Shown one piece after another: positions 45,439-54,587 of a stretch of DNA of 59,990 bases. Source of the DNA: Acidimicrobiia bacterium. Lineage in GTDB: Bacteria > Actinomycetota > Acidimicrobiia > UBA2766. The notes under the pieces are model-generated. The model searched no databases. It saw nothing but the letters and a program-made list of their open reading frames with translations, and had not been told where the DNA came from. Every line of letters begins with the position of its first letter. Position 1 is the stretch's first letter. A program made the translations under genes and the position numbers. Where the stretch lies: positions 1 to 59,990 of the forward strand of contig JAIBAC010000003.1 of assembly GCA_019695375.1 (NCBI GenBank), in the 5' to 3' direction.

Positions 45439-46638
45439 ATGGCATCGCTGTTCGACACCGTGGAGCTGGGACCGCTCACGCTGCGGAACCGGGTGGTCAA
45501 GGCGGCGACGTTCGAGGGGTACTCGCCCGGCGGTGCCGTCACCGACGACCTCGTGGAGTTCCACCGCCGTGTCGCCGCCGGGGGCGCGGCGCTGACGACC
45601 GTCGCGTACCTGTCCGTAGCGCCCGAGGGTCGTACAGACGACGGCTGCATCGTCGTGGTGCCGAGCGCCGTCGCCGGCCTGCGGCACATCACCGACGCCG
45701 TCCACGCCGAGGGCGGCGCTGCCGCCGCGCAGATCGGCCACGCCGGGCCGGTCGCGAACGCGGCGTCGAACAAGGCGCAGGCGATCGCACCCGGACGCTT
45801 CTTCAACCCGCTGGGGATGCGCCGCACGAGAGCGGCGACCGAGTACGACATCGCCCGCATCACGTCCGACTACCGCCGCAGCGCGAGGCTCTGCGTCGAC
45901 GCCGGCTTCGACTCCCTCGAGATCCACCTCGGCCACAACTACCTGTTGAGCTCGTTCCTGAGCCCGATGCTGAACAGGCGCAAGGACGCCTGGGGGGGAG
46001 CGCTCGAGCACAGGGCGCGCTTCGCCCGCGAGGTGGCGATCGCGGTGCGCGACGCGGTCGGCTCCGCGGTCGCGGTGACGGCCAAGCTCAACATGGAGGA
46101 CGGTTACCGGGGCGGGTTCGGCATCGACGAGTCGGTGCAGGTCGCGCGCTGGCTCGAGGCCGACGGCGCCCTCGACGCGCTCGAGCTCACCGGGGGCAGC
46201 TCGCTCATGAACCCCATGTTCCTGTTCAAGGGCGACGCCCCCACGCCCGAGTTCGCAGCCACGTTGCCGTGGCACCTGCGGGCCGGGTTCCGCCTCTTCG
46301 GCAAGGGCTTCCTGCGCTCCTACCCCTACGAGGAGGCGTACTTCCTCGCCGATGCGCTGCGCTTCCGCGAGGCGGTGCGGATGCCGCTCGTGCTCCTCGG
46401 CGGGATCAGCCGCCTCGACACCGCGCAGAAGGGCATCGACGCAGGGTTCGAGTTCGTGGCCATGGGTCGTGCGCTCCTGCACGACCCGGACCTGATCAAC
46501 GACTGGCGGGCCGGGGTCTCCGACGCGTCCGGGTGCATCCACTGCAACCGCTGCATGCCGACGATCTACACGGGGACGCGCTGTCCCCTCGTCGACCCCC
46601 GCCCCGGCGACCGTCCCATCGAGGTCCCCGCCGGCTGA
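45439..46638 (+). CDS. NADH:flavin oxidoreductase (old yellow enzyme family)
   Basis: LRNRVVKAATFEG, QIGHAG, EIHLGHNYLLSSFLSP, CIHCNRC. Confidence 0.9.
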   Translation: MASLFDTVELGPLTLRNRVVKAATFEGYSPGGAVTDDLVEFHRRVAAGGAALTTVAYLSVAPEGRTDDGCIVVVPSAVAGLRHITDAVHAEGGAAAAQIGHAGPVANAASNKAQAIAPGRFFNPLGMRRTRAATEYDIARITSDYRRSARLCVDAGFDSLEIHLGHNYLLSSFLSPMLNRRKDAWGGALEHRARFAREVAIAVRDAVGSAVAVTAKLNMEDGYRGGFGIDESVQVARWLEADGALDALELTGGSSLMNPMFLFKGDAPTPEFAATLPWHLRAGFRLFGKGFLRSYPYEEAYFLADALRFREAVRMPLVLLGGISRLDTAQKGIDAGFEFVAMGRALLHDPDLINDWRAGVSDASGCIHCNRCMPTIYTGTRCPLVDPRPGDRPIEVPAG

Positions 46639-46654
46639 TCCCGCGGCACCTGGC

Positions 46655-46756
46655 TTGGATGACGATCCGGCCACAACGCCGGGCTTGGATAACCAGAGCG
46701 CGCAAAAGCGCGCCTCTCGTCATCCAGCGTGACCAGCTGGCCGGTCTGTTATCCAA
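46655..46756. repeat. Nested-palindrome REP-like element, family A, copy 2
   Basis: Near-identical to 43091-43191, same orientation; GCGCGC-AAAA-GCGCGC core. Confidence 0.88.
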
Positions 46757-46803
46757 CGGTGGAACCTCCTGGCAGTCGCGGGGCCGGCGATACCCTGGGG
46801 CGG

Positions 46804-49377
46804 ATGGAGGACCCGACGAGCGGCTCGACGCACATCCGCACGCCCGACCAGCGCCTCCGGGTGTTCGTGAGCTCCACGCTGGCGGAGCTCGCCCCCGAGC
46901 GCGCCGCCGCCAAGGACGCGATCGAGCGCCTCCACTTCATCCCGGTCATGTTCGAGCTCGGCGCGCGGCCGCACCCGCCCAAGCAGCTCTACCGCGCCTA
47001 CCTGGACCAGAGCCACGTCTTCGTCGGCCTCTACTGGGAACGCTACGGCTGGGTCGCCCCGGGCGAGTCGGTGAGCGGCCTCGAGGACGAGTTCCTGCTC
47101 TCTGCCGGCATGCCGCGGCTCATGTACCTCAAGACGCCGGCGGCGGGACGCGAGGAGCGCCTGAGCGAGATGCTCGACCGCCTCTCGCAGTCCGGTGAGG
47201 TCTCGTACCGGAGCTTCTCGACGCCGGAGGAGCTCGCCGAGCTGCTCGAGGCCGACCTCGCGATCCTCGTGACCGAGCGCTTCCAGAGCCCCGGCGAGAT
47301 CGCTGCGGACCGCGCGGCCGGCGCCCCGGCCACTGCAACGGCGTTGCCGATACCGCCCACGCCGACGGTCGGTCGCGGCGCCGACATCGACGCAGTCACC
47401 GCGCTGCTCGCGTCGGGCTGTCGCATCGTGACCGTGAGTGGACCTGGCGGCGTCGGCAAGACGAGGGTCGCCGTCGAGGTCGCGCGGCGCATCGCGAGCG
47501 GCGACCGGCGGGTCTGCTACGTGGCGCTGGGCTCGGTCACCGATCCCGCACTCGTGCTCCCCGCCATCGCCGACGCGCTCGGCGTGACGGTCGAGAGATC
47601 CGAGCCCGTCATGGACGCTCTCGTTGCCGATCTCGCGGTCGCGCCGGCGTTGATCGTGGTCGACAACTTCGAGCAGCTCGCCGACGCGGCCGGGAACCTC
47701 GCCGAGCTCGCCGCGGCATGTGGGGACACGCAGTTCCTGGTCACGAGCCGCCATGTGCTGCACCTGCGCGGCGAGCGCGAGTACCAGCTCGCCCCGCTGG
47801 AGGTCCCCGCTGGCCGGCACAGCAGCGGCCTCACCGACGTCTCGGCCTCGCCGGCCGTGGAGCTCTTCGTGTCGGAAGCGTCGGCCGCACGCCCGGGCTT
47901 CGAGCTGACCGAGGACAACGCCTCCGCTGTCGCCGAGCTCGTGCGCCGCCTCGACGGACTGCCCCTCGCACTCGAGCTCGTGGCTGCCCGGATCCGGCTC
48001 CTACCGCCGTCGGCGATGCTGACCCGCCTCGGCGACCGCATCGACTTCCTGACGAGCGGGGCCGCGGACCTGCCCGAGCGCCAGCGGACGCTGCGAGCGA
48101 CACTGGACTGGAGCCACAGCCTTCTCGACGAGTCCGAACGTGCCCTGTTCGCCCGTCTCGCGGTGTTCGTGGGCGGTGCCGACATCGAGGCGGTCGAGGC
48201 GGTCTGCGCCGGTGCACCCGTCGGCGACGTCCTCGAGACCCTCGCCTCCCTCCTCGAGAAGAGCCTGCTCACGACCCTCGACGACGCCGGCATCATGCCG
48301 CGGGTGGGGATGCTGCACACAGTGCATGCATACGCCGCGGAGCAGCTCGGCGCGCGCGGTGAGCTGCTCGAGGTGCGGGCGCGCCACTTCGACTGGTACT
48401 GCCGGCTCGCCCTCTCCGCGGACGCCGCCCGAGTCGAGACCGCCCTGGAGCGCTGGCCCATGCTGGACGCCGAGGCCGCCAACATCCGCGCGGCCCTCGA
48501 GCACGGCTTCGAGGTCGACGACTACGAATCACTCGCTTCGTTCCTCAACTCCCTCTGGTCCTGGTACTGGCTGCGGGGCCACATAGCCGAAGGCCGGGTG
48601 TGGATCGAGAAGCTCGCCGGACACTGCCCGCCCGGCATGTCCGACGAGGCACGCATGAAGGTCCTCGTGGCGCTGACTGCGGCACGGTTCACCGCGGGGG
48701 CTTTCGACGAGGCGGCCGCATGCGTGGACGAGGCACGGCGGCTCGCACGCGCCGTCGGCGACGGAGCGGGGATCGGCGCGGCAGCGCTGCTCACCGCGAT
48801 CCTGGCACCGTTCGGGGACCACGCTGCGGAGGCGTACGACGCGGCGCTCGAGGCCGAGGACGAGTACCGCCGCAACGGCCCGTCCTGGGCGCTCGCCTAC
48901 GCGCTCAGCATCAGAGGGTTCCTCGAGACCGTGCGCGGCGACCTCGTGGCAGGCCGCAGGACCCAGGAGGAGAGCATCGCGATCTCCGCGCGGCTCGGCC
49001 TCGACTACCTCGTGGCCCAGGGGAACCACCAGATCGCACTCGTCGAGCTCGCGGAAGGCGACCTCGAAGCAGCACACGCGCGCATCCGTGTATCGGTGCC
49101 CCTGCTACGGAAGAGCAGGGACCTCGAAGGCGCTTCCTATGCCCTCGAGGTCTGTGCTCTCCTGGCGGTTGCGGAGGACCGTCCCTGCGACACGGTCCGC
49201 CTCTTCGCCGCGGCCGACGCGGTGCGCGAGCGCATCGGCACGCGGGCCTGGCCGTCGTTCCAGGCCCAGCGCGAGGCGATACTCGCCGGGCTCAGGGAGC
49301 AGCTCGGGGAGACCGCCTACGAATCCGCGATGCGTGAAGGTGCCGAGGGCGACCCCTTCGCCCTCCTCGAACCTTGA
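46804..49377 (+). CDS. DUF4062 + STAND/NB-ARC-type ATPase + TPR protein
   Basis: RVFVSST..EL..ER, YLDQSHVFVGLYWERYG; GPGGVGKT, IVVDNFEQ, VTSR, GLPLALEL; helical C-terminus. Confidence 0.85.
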   Translation: MEDPTSGSTHIRTPDQRLRVFVSSTLAELAPERAAAKDAIERLHFIPVMFELGARPHPPKQLYRAYLDQSHVFVGLYWERYGWVAPGESVSGLEDEFLLSAGMPRLMYLKTPAAGREERLSEMLDRLSQSGEVSYRSFSTPEELAELLEADLAILVTERFQSPGEIAADRAAGAPATATALPIPPTPTVGRGADIDAVTALLASGCRIVTVSGPGGVGKTRVAVEVARRIASGDRRVCYVALGSVTDPALVLPAIADALGVTVERSEPVMDALVADLAVAPALIVVDNFEQLADAAGNLAELAAACGDTQFLVTSRHVLHLRGEREYQLAPLEVPAGRHSSGLTDVSASPAVELFVSEASAARPGFELTEDNASAVAELVRRLDGLPLALELVAARIRLLPPSAMLTRLGDRIDFLTSGAADLPERQRTLRATLDWSHSLLDESERALFARLAVFVGGADIEAVEAVCAGAPVGDVLETLASLLEKSLLTTLDDAGIMPRVGMLHTVHAYAAEQLGARGELLEVRARHFDWYCRLALSADAARVETALERWPMLDAEAANIRAALEHGFEVDDYESLASFLNSLWSWYWLRGHIAEGRVWIEKLAGHCPPGMSDEARMKVLVALTAARFTAGAFDEAAACVDEARRLARAVGDGAGIGAAALLTAILAPFGDHAAEAYDAALEAEDEYRRNGPSWALAYALSIRGFLETVRGDLVAGRRTQEESIAISARLGLDYLVAQGNHQIALVELAEGDLEAAHARIRVSVPLLRKSRDLEGASYALEVCALLAVAEDRPCDTVRLFAAADAVRERIGTRAWPSFQAQREAILAGLREQLGETAYESAMREGAEGDPFALLEP

Positions 49378-49410
49378 CGGTCTCAGCACCAGATGGCGAC
49401 CTGACGTCTG

Positions 49411-49776
49411 TCACCGCTCGGGGACGAGCAGGGCGGCCCCGAGTGCGGTTTCGCCGGCGAGGACCGGTCCCACGGGCCAGAAGCCGGGCCTGTCCGCGGA
49501 CAGGGCGAGGTCGACAAGGCGTCCAGCGGCCATCCCGAGCAGCGACACTCCGGCGACGCGGTGCACCCACGTCCGTGCCGTCGGGTCGTGCGCGGTGGCG
49601 GCCAGCAGGGTCGCGACGGCGATGCCGAACCCGCCGTAGACGGCCCGCACCTCATTGCGCGACGCCGCGGTCGGCATCTGCGCGCCGAACAGCCTCGGGA
49701 TCGCGGACGGCACCGCGAGCGCCAGCGCACCCATGCCGGCAAAGCCCCCCACCGCTGTCCAGGTAGTCCTGCGCAT
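49411..49776 (-). CDS. DUF4345-like membrane protein
   Basis: RNEVRAVYGGFG, GRLV; hydrophobic; start uncertain (49776 or 49821). Confidence 0.7.
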   Translation of the reverse strand: MRRTTWTAVGGFAGMGALALAVPSAIPRLFGAQMPTAASRNEVRAVYGGFGIAVATLLAATAHDPTARTWVHRVAGVSLLGMAAGRLVDLALSADRPGFWPVGPVLAGETALGAALLVPER

Positions 49777-49814
49777 CGCCCCAAGGTACTGGGCCTCCGG
49801 GTCCCACGCACCCG

Positions 49815-49842
49815 TTGACATACAACCGATCGGTTGTATAAT
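49815..49842 (+). promoter_or_regulatory. Consensus sigma70-type promoter with perfect 20-bp palindromic operator
   Basis: TTGACA 49815-20, N16, TATAAT 49837-42; ATACAACCGATCGGTTGTAT 49820-39; GTG at 49848 suggests leaderless mRNA. Confidence 0.82.
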
Positions 49843-49847
49843 TTGGT

Positions 49848-50198
49848 GTGACTGGTGCCGACGAAGACGACGACCGGGCCGACGCCCTGTTCCATGCCCT
49901 CGCCGACCGCACCCGCCGCGACATCATGCGTCGGGTTCTGGTCGGCGAGCACTCGGTCTCGGCTCTCGCGGCGAACTACGACATGTCGTTCGCCGCGGTG
50001 CAGAAGCATGTCGCCGTGCTCGAACGCGCCGGTCTGCTCACGAAGCGACGCAACGGCCGCGAGCAGCTCGCCCACGGCGAGGTGGACGCGGTCCGCTCCG
50101 TGGCTTCGATGCTCGCCGACCTCGAGGATGTGTGGCGTGGCCGCATCGCCCGGATCGACGAGCTCATCGGCAAGGACCCGAACCCGGAACAGGAGTAG
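49848..50198 (+). CDS. ArsR family regulator
   Basis: FHALADRTRRDI, SFAAVQKHVAVLERAGL. Confidence 0.9.
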   Translation: MTGADEDDDRADALFHALADRTRRDIMRRVLVGEHSVSALAANYDMSFAAVQKHVAVLERAGLLTKRRNGREQLAHGEVDAVRSVASMLADLEDVWRGRIARIDELIGKDPNPEQE

Positions 50199-50202
50199 CC
50201 CA

Positions 50203-50691
50203 GTGCCCGTCACCGACGTCGAGACCGACATCGACAACCGCACCCTCACCATCACCGCCGAGTTCGCGGCGCCGCCCGAGAGGATCTGGCAGGTCTACGC
50301 GGACCCGCGCCAGCTAGAACAGGTCTGGGGCCCACCCACGCACCCGGCGACCTTCGTCGACCACGACCTCCGCCCCGGCGGCCGTGCCCACTACTACATG
50401 ACCTCGCCCGAGGGTGAGAAGTACTACGGATGGTGGGCGATCGTCTCGGTCGACGAGCCCAAGGGGTTCACCTTCGAGGACGGCTTCGCGGCCGACGACT
50501 CCTTCGAGGCGGCACCGGGCATGCCGGTGTCGCACAACGACTACGCCTTCGAGCCCACCGGCGCCGGCACCCGCGCCGTGTTCACGAGCACCTTCGACTC
50601 CGCCGAGGGACTCCAGCAGGTGCTCGAGATGGGCGTCGTCGAAGGGGCCACGACCGCCATCAACCAGATCGACGCCCTCGTGGCGTCCTGA
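50203..50691 (+). CDS. SRPBCC/Aha1 domain protein
   Basis: AEFAAPPERIWQ, WGPPTHPAT, MGVVEG. Confidence 0.88.
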   Translation: MPVTDVETDIDNRTLTITAEFAAPPERIWQVYADPRQLEQVWGPPTHPATFVDHDLRPGGRAHYYMTSPEGEKYYGWWAIVSVDEPKGFTFEDGFAADDSFEAAPGMPVSHNDYAFEPTGAGTRAVFTSTFDSAEGLQQVLEMGVVEGATTAINQIDALVAS

Positions 50692-50693
50692 GG

Positions 50694-50715
50694 TTGGATG
50701 ACAGACCGGCCAGCT
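50694..50715. repeat. Truncated family A repeat arm (copy 3, reverse orientation)
   Basis: TTGGATGACAGACCGGCCAGCT matches the reverse complement of the copy 2 right arm at 21 of 22 positions. Confidence 0.7.
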
Positions 50716-50736
50716 AGCAGCACAACAAACGTTGCT

Positions 50737-51321
50737 CTAGTCGGGGACGAGCGTGCGCTTCAGATGCGCCGTGTAGCGCCGCAGCACATCCGGATCGTCG
50801 GGCGGGTACATGCTCCTAATACGCCAGTAACCGATGAACGCCGTGTAGGTGAGCTCGGCGCGGCTGTGGGCCTCCGTCTTGCTCAGACCTGCCTTTCGGT
50901 ACAGCCGGGCAAACAGGTCCACCTTGCGCAGGACATGCCCGAGGGCGTACGGCGACACGAGCGGGTCGGCACCCGCGGCACAGATGCCGGCGTAGAGCTT
51001 CCCGGCCTCGTAGTCCCCGAACATCTCGTCCAGCAACCGTCTCAGCGCATCGCGAGCCTCGATGCCGTCGGGCAACACCTCGTCGACGTGTGCGATGTCG
51101 CGTGCCTCCCAGCGGCTGAGTGCCGCGTCGACGAGCTCGTCGCGATTGGAGAAGTGGGCATAGAAGCTGCCCTTGGTCACTTCGAGGTGCTCCGCCAGTC
51201 GCTCGACAGCGACGCCCTCGAGCCCGTCGTCACGCATCGCGTCCAAGGCCGCATCGACCCAGTCCTCGCTGGACAGGCGGCGCTTCTTGACGTTCGTCGG
51301 CGGAATCGCGGGTCTCCTCAC
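50737..51321 (-). CDS. TetR family regulator
   Basis: LSSEDWVDAAL, VAVERLAEHLEVTKGSFYAHF; GTG start inferred. Confidence 0.88.
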   Translation of the reverse strand: MRRPAIPPTNVKKRRLSSEDWVDAALDAMRDDGLEGVAVERLAEHLEVTKGSFYAHFSNRDELVDAALSRWEARDIAHVDEVLPDGIEARDALRRLLDEMFGDYEAGKLYAGICAAGADPLVSPYALGHVLRKVDLFARLYRKAGLSKTEAHSRAELTYTAFIGYWRIRSMYPPDDPDVLRRYTAHLKRTLVPD

Positions 51322-51350
51322 TCGTCCCGAGGCGACGCGGCAGCGAGAAG

Positions 51351-51412
51351 TATACGGTGCCGCATCCTCCACTCCAGTTGCATACGCTTGCGTATCAATG
51401 CGGTATCGTATG
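51351..51412. promoter_or_regulatory. CATACG-N4-CGTATG-like boxes (putative TetR operators)
   Basis: 51351-66, and abutting 51381-96 and 51397-412. Confidence 0.7.
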
Positions 51413-51439
51413 TCCACTGGGAGCGGCGTAGGGGGCGCG

Positions 51440-52942
51440 ATGCGGTATTACGACACGATCGTCGTCGGTTCGGGTTTCGGCGGCTCGGTCCTGGCTGCGC
51501 GTCTTGCGCAGGCAGGTGAGCAGGTACTGGTCCTCGAGCGGGGTCCATGGTGGGGCCAGGGAGATGGCGACGGCGAGCGGCAGCCGTTCCCGCGTGGTGT
51601 CCGGCTCGGCCGTTTCGTCCGCAACGTACGCATGAACAAGGGCCGGCGCTCCCGCGAGATCGTCTTCAACCGACGCGGCCTGTTCGAGGTCCACGGCTTC
51701 GACCACCTGTGGGCACTGGGTGCGAGCGGGGTCGGCGGGGGGTCACTCGTCTACGCGAACGGTCAAGGGGTCCCGTCGCCGGACTACTGGGACGCATTCC
51801 CCCCGGAGCTCACCGCCGAGGAGATGGCCCCCTATTACAAGTTGGCCGATGAAGTTCTCGAACCTCACGTGCTCCCGGGGTGGCAGGCGCGCCAGGAGGA
51901 TCTGAACAGGGCACTCCGCCACTCAGGGCTCGGCGAGACCGGTGCAGTGGAGCTCGCGGTTACGTTCGGGCCCGACCCCTCGACGCCGGAGACCGTCCAC
52001 AACGCCGCAGGCATACGGCAGCAGACCTGCCGGATGTGCGGTGACTGCGTGCTCGGGTGTCCCCATCGCTCGAAGAACACCCTCGACCTCTCCTACCTGG
52101 CGATGGCTCAACGCTCGGGAGCGGTGATCCATCCAATGAGCGAGGTAGTCAGCGTCAGCTCCGAGCCGAACGGCTACTGGGTCCACTGGATGGATCACCG
52201 CAGCCGGCATGTGGCATCGGCCACATCACGAAGGCTCGTTCTCGCCGCGGGAACGCTCAACACCCTTCGTCTCCTCTTCGCCGCCCGTTCCGCAGGGCGG
52301 CTCCGCCCGCTCCCCGATGCGCTTGGTCGACACCTGAGCCCGAACGGTGACTACGCCAGCCTCTTCTGGCGGGTCAGGTCGGGTAGCGCCGGCCCCGGCG
52401 TCGTCTTCAACGCCATCCGCCGAAGCGAGGACCATGCCCGCGATGGGCTGTTCCTGGGTGAGGCATCCGCACCGGTCGACTCACTCCCGATGCCGGGAGT
52501 GCTACGCAACTGGCTCAGGCAGTCGCGGTTCATCTTCGCCCTGGGTCGCGACAGCGCTACAGCGACTGCGACCTTCGACGGTCACGCCGTGCGCTGTGAC
52601 GCCGGACGTGCCAGCGACGCCCGCTATTTCGCCCGCGTCGAGGCCGTGACACGCCAGCTCGCGGTTCACTACGAGCCACGATCCGTGGTCACGAACATCC
52701 CGTTCGGAGCGGGGAGCCCGACGATCGCGACGACCCACACCGTCGGCGGCGCCGCTATGGCACGCCGCTTGGAGGACGCCGTCGTCGACCACACGGGCGA
52801 GGTGCGCGGCCAACCCGGCCTCTACGTGGTCGACAGCTCGATCCTGGCTGCTCCGCCCGGCGTTCCGCCTTCCAAGACCATCCTCGCCATGGCCGAGAGG
52901 ATCGCCTCGATCGCCACCGCCACGGGAGCTCCACGAGCATGA
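51440..52942 (+). CDS. GMC oxidoreductase, cholesterol-oxidase-like
   Basis: GSGFGG, GVGGGSLVYAN, CRMCGDCVLGC..KNTLD, THTVGG. Confidence 0.82.
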   Translation: MRYYDTIVVGSGFGGSVLAARLAQAGEQVLVLERGPWWGQGDGDGERQPFPRGVRLGRFVRNVRMNKGRRSREIVFNRRGLFEVHGFDHLWALGASGVGGGSLVYANGQGVPSPDYWDAFPPELTAEEMAPYYKLADEVLEPHVLPGWQARQEDLNRALRHSGLGETGAVELAVTFGPDPSTPETVHNAAGIRQQTCRMCGDCVLGCPHRSKNTLDLSYLAMAQRSGAVIHPMSEVVSVSSEPNGYWVHWMDHRSRHVASATSRRLVLAAGTLNTLRLLFAARSAGRLRPLPDALGRHLSPNGDYASLFWRVRSGSAGPGVVFNAIRRSEDHARDGLFLGEASAPVDSLPMPGVLRNWLRQSRFIFALGRDSATATATFDGHAVRCDAGRASDARYFARVEAVTRQLAVHYEPRSVVTNIPFGAGSPTIATTHTVGGAAMARRLEDAVVDHTGEVRGQPGLYVVDSSILAAPPGVPPSKTILAMAERIASIATATGAPRA

Positions 52943-53406
52943 CCAAAGCCAGTAGTCGACCGTCATATCGCGGCCGTGCATACCTCGACACCGAATTCGA
53001 CCAGCTCCGGACAGCTCACATGGACGACCTCGCAGGCTCGTATCGTGTCCGTCTCGCCAGCGCGCCAGGGATCGACCGACTCCCGACCGCCTGGACTGCA
53101 CGAATTATGGAAGCCCTCAACCGCGTCATGCCGCTGGTCTACCGCGGTAAGTCCTTTGACGGAGCGCGTGGATCGAACGAGTTCGTGGGCGGCTTGAAGC
53201 GCGCGCACTTCTCGCTCCACGAGGGGGGCCCGGAGCCGAGGGGGCTGCTCATCGACTACGACATCGATGCCAACCCCAGCGCGCTCCGCCCGATGGCGGC
53301 CCAGGTGCGCCTGTTTGAAGACCGGTTGATCGTGTGCCGATTGATCTGGCGCGGACGTGGGGGCCAGATCCGTTCACTCCTGTACTTCACGCTCTCCCGC
53401 GCCTAG
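52939..53406 (+). CDS. Hypothetical protein
   Basis: ATGA-coupled to GMC gene; WRGKSF-like segment YRGKSF. Confidence 0.6.
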   Translation: MTKASSRPSYRGRAYLDTEFDQLRTAHMDDLAGSYRVRLASAPGIDRLPTAWTARIMEALNRVMPLVYRGKSFDGARGSNEFVGGLKRAHFSLHEGGPEPRGLLIDYDIDANPSALRPMAAQVRLFEDRLIVCRLIWRGRGGQIRSLLYFTLSRA

Positions 53407-53717
53407 AGCTGACCGCGGCCCCCCTCGACGGGAAGTCCGGCAGCGAGCCATCCCTTCCACCCGTCCTCGACCTCGGCAGCACCGTTCCGGCCGGTGAGCT
53501 TCGAGCGGTTCGCGTGCTGGCACAGGTAGGCGTAGTCCTCGCCGCGTGGCCTCCATGCGTGCCATGCCAGCGACACCTTCCTGGTGCCGGGCGGCCAACC
53601 ATGGCGTCGCCGCTCCGCTCGGGTGCGGAGGTCGAGGATTGTCACGTCGCCACGTTGCGCCATGGCCCATGCCTCCGCGGCGGGAAGGCTACGGACCCTC
53701 TTCGACGGTGCACTCAC
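53403..53717 (-). CDS. Small rhodanese-like protein
   Basis: ILDLRT, YLCQHANRS, DGWKGW.AAGLPV; GTG coupled to upstream stop. Confidence 0.72.
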   Translation of the reverse strand: MSAPSKRVRSLPAAEAWAMAQRGDVTILDLRTRAERRRHGWPPGTRKVSLAWHAWRPRGEDYAYLCQHANRSKLTGRNGAAEVEDGWKGWLAAGLPVEGGRGQL

Positions 53718-54385
53718 GACGTCTGCCCCGACACCGAACCCTGGAGTTGGAGGATCTCGCGCACGAACCGGATCGGCGACATCCTCAGGATCGCGGCGAG
53801 GACGATGACCGAGAACGGCCCGGTGAGCAACAGGACCGACGAGATGAGGACCTCGTCGAGCACGCGGCCATCGGGATCGGGGGCGCCCTTCAACCGGCCG
53901 ATGAAGGCGTCGAGTGTGTTTGCCATCAGGTTCGCGAAGGTCATGACTCGCGCGATCGTCTCGACATCGTCGCGCCGCTGTGATCCCGACCGACGCTCGA
54001 TCTCGTCGGCGAGCTCGGAGCCCATGTGCGTGAAATCGCCCTCTGCCAGCGACACCGCGTACGACATCGCCAGCCACTCGTCTCGATCGAACGAGTCGGG
54101 GTCGAGGCCATCGAGTCTTGCCAGCTCTTCGTCGGAAGCTCCTTCGAGCTGCGCCCAATGGGTGTGCACGTAGCAGCAGTACTTGCAGCCGTTGACCTGC
54201 GAGACGGAGAGCATGATCCTCTCCCTCAACGCCGGGTCGACACGGCCCCGCCAGATCGCAACAGCATCCCGGCCTCGCGCTGCCAGCACCCTGGCGTGCC
54301 GAGCAAGCTTGCCCAGCCTGTACGTTCGCTTCCGGAACGGCGCGAAGGGGGTCACCCGCCCTGATTCCGATGCAGTCGTGGCCAT
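53714..54385 (-). CDS. CMD/AhpD-like protein
   Basis: RERIMLSVSQVNGCKYCCYVH. Confidence 0.82.
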   Translation of the reverse strand: MATTASESGRVTPFAPFRKRTYRLGKLARHARVLAARGRDAVAIWRGRVDPALRERIMLSVSQVNGCKYCCYVHTHWAQLEGASDEELARLDGLDPDSFDRDEWLAMSYAVSLAEGDFTHMGSELADEIERRSGSQRRDDVETIARVMTFANLMANTLDAFIGRLKGAPDPDGRVLDEVLISSVLLLTGPFSVIVLAAILRMSPIRFVREILQLQGSVSGQTS

Positions 54386-54439
54386 CGGTCGCGAGCTCCT
54401 CTCAGCAGTCGACCTGTCCCATCTATTCGTACTGATTGC

Positions 54440-54471
54440 CATACGGTAGCGTATGCATTCGTCAGCGTATT
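54440..54471. promoter_or_regulatory. Tandem CATACG-N4-CGTATG boxes
   Basis: Perfect CATACGGTAGCGTATG 54440-55 abutting CATTCGTCAGCGTATT 54456-71. Confidence 0.75.
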
Positions 54472-54587
54472 GTCTACCGTATCCGGGCCCTGAACCGAGA
54501 CCGTCGCAACGCCCTCCCCCCCGCCGGCTGGGCACCGGCCGCGGGGCTCTGGCAACCTTGTCGTCGTCGGGGTGCCTGGGGGGTCCG

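Noticed and set aside
45382-46674. N-terminal extension making GH3 1155 aa
   Set aside because: It is antisense to the OYE gene; the real GH3 starts at 45381.
43091-46756. Repeats as a CRISPR array
   Set aside because: No regular repeat-spacer array, copies 3.5 kb apart, no cas genes.
54472-54587. c-di-AMP or other riboswitch upstream of the CocE gene
   Set aside because: GC-rich stems present, but conserved ydaO motifs not found.
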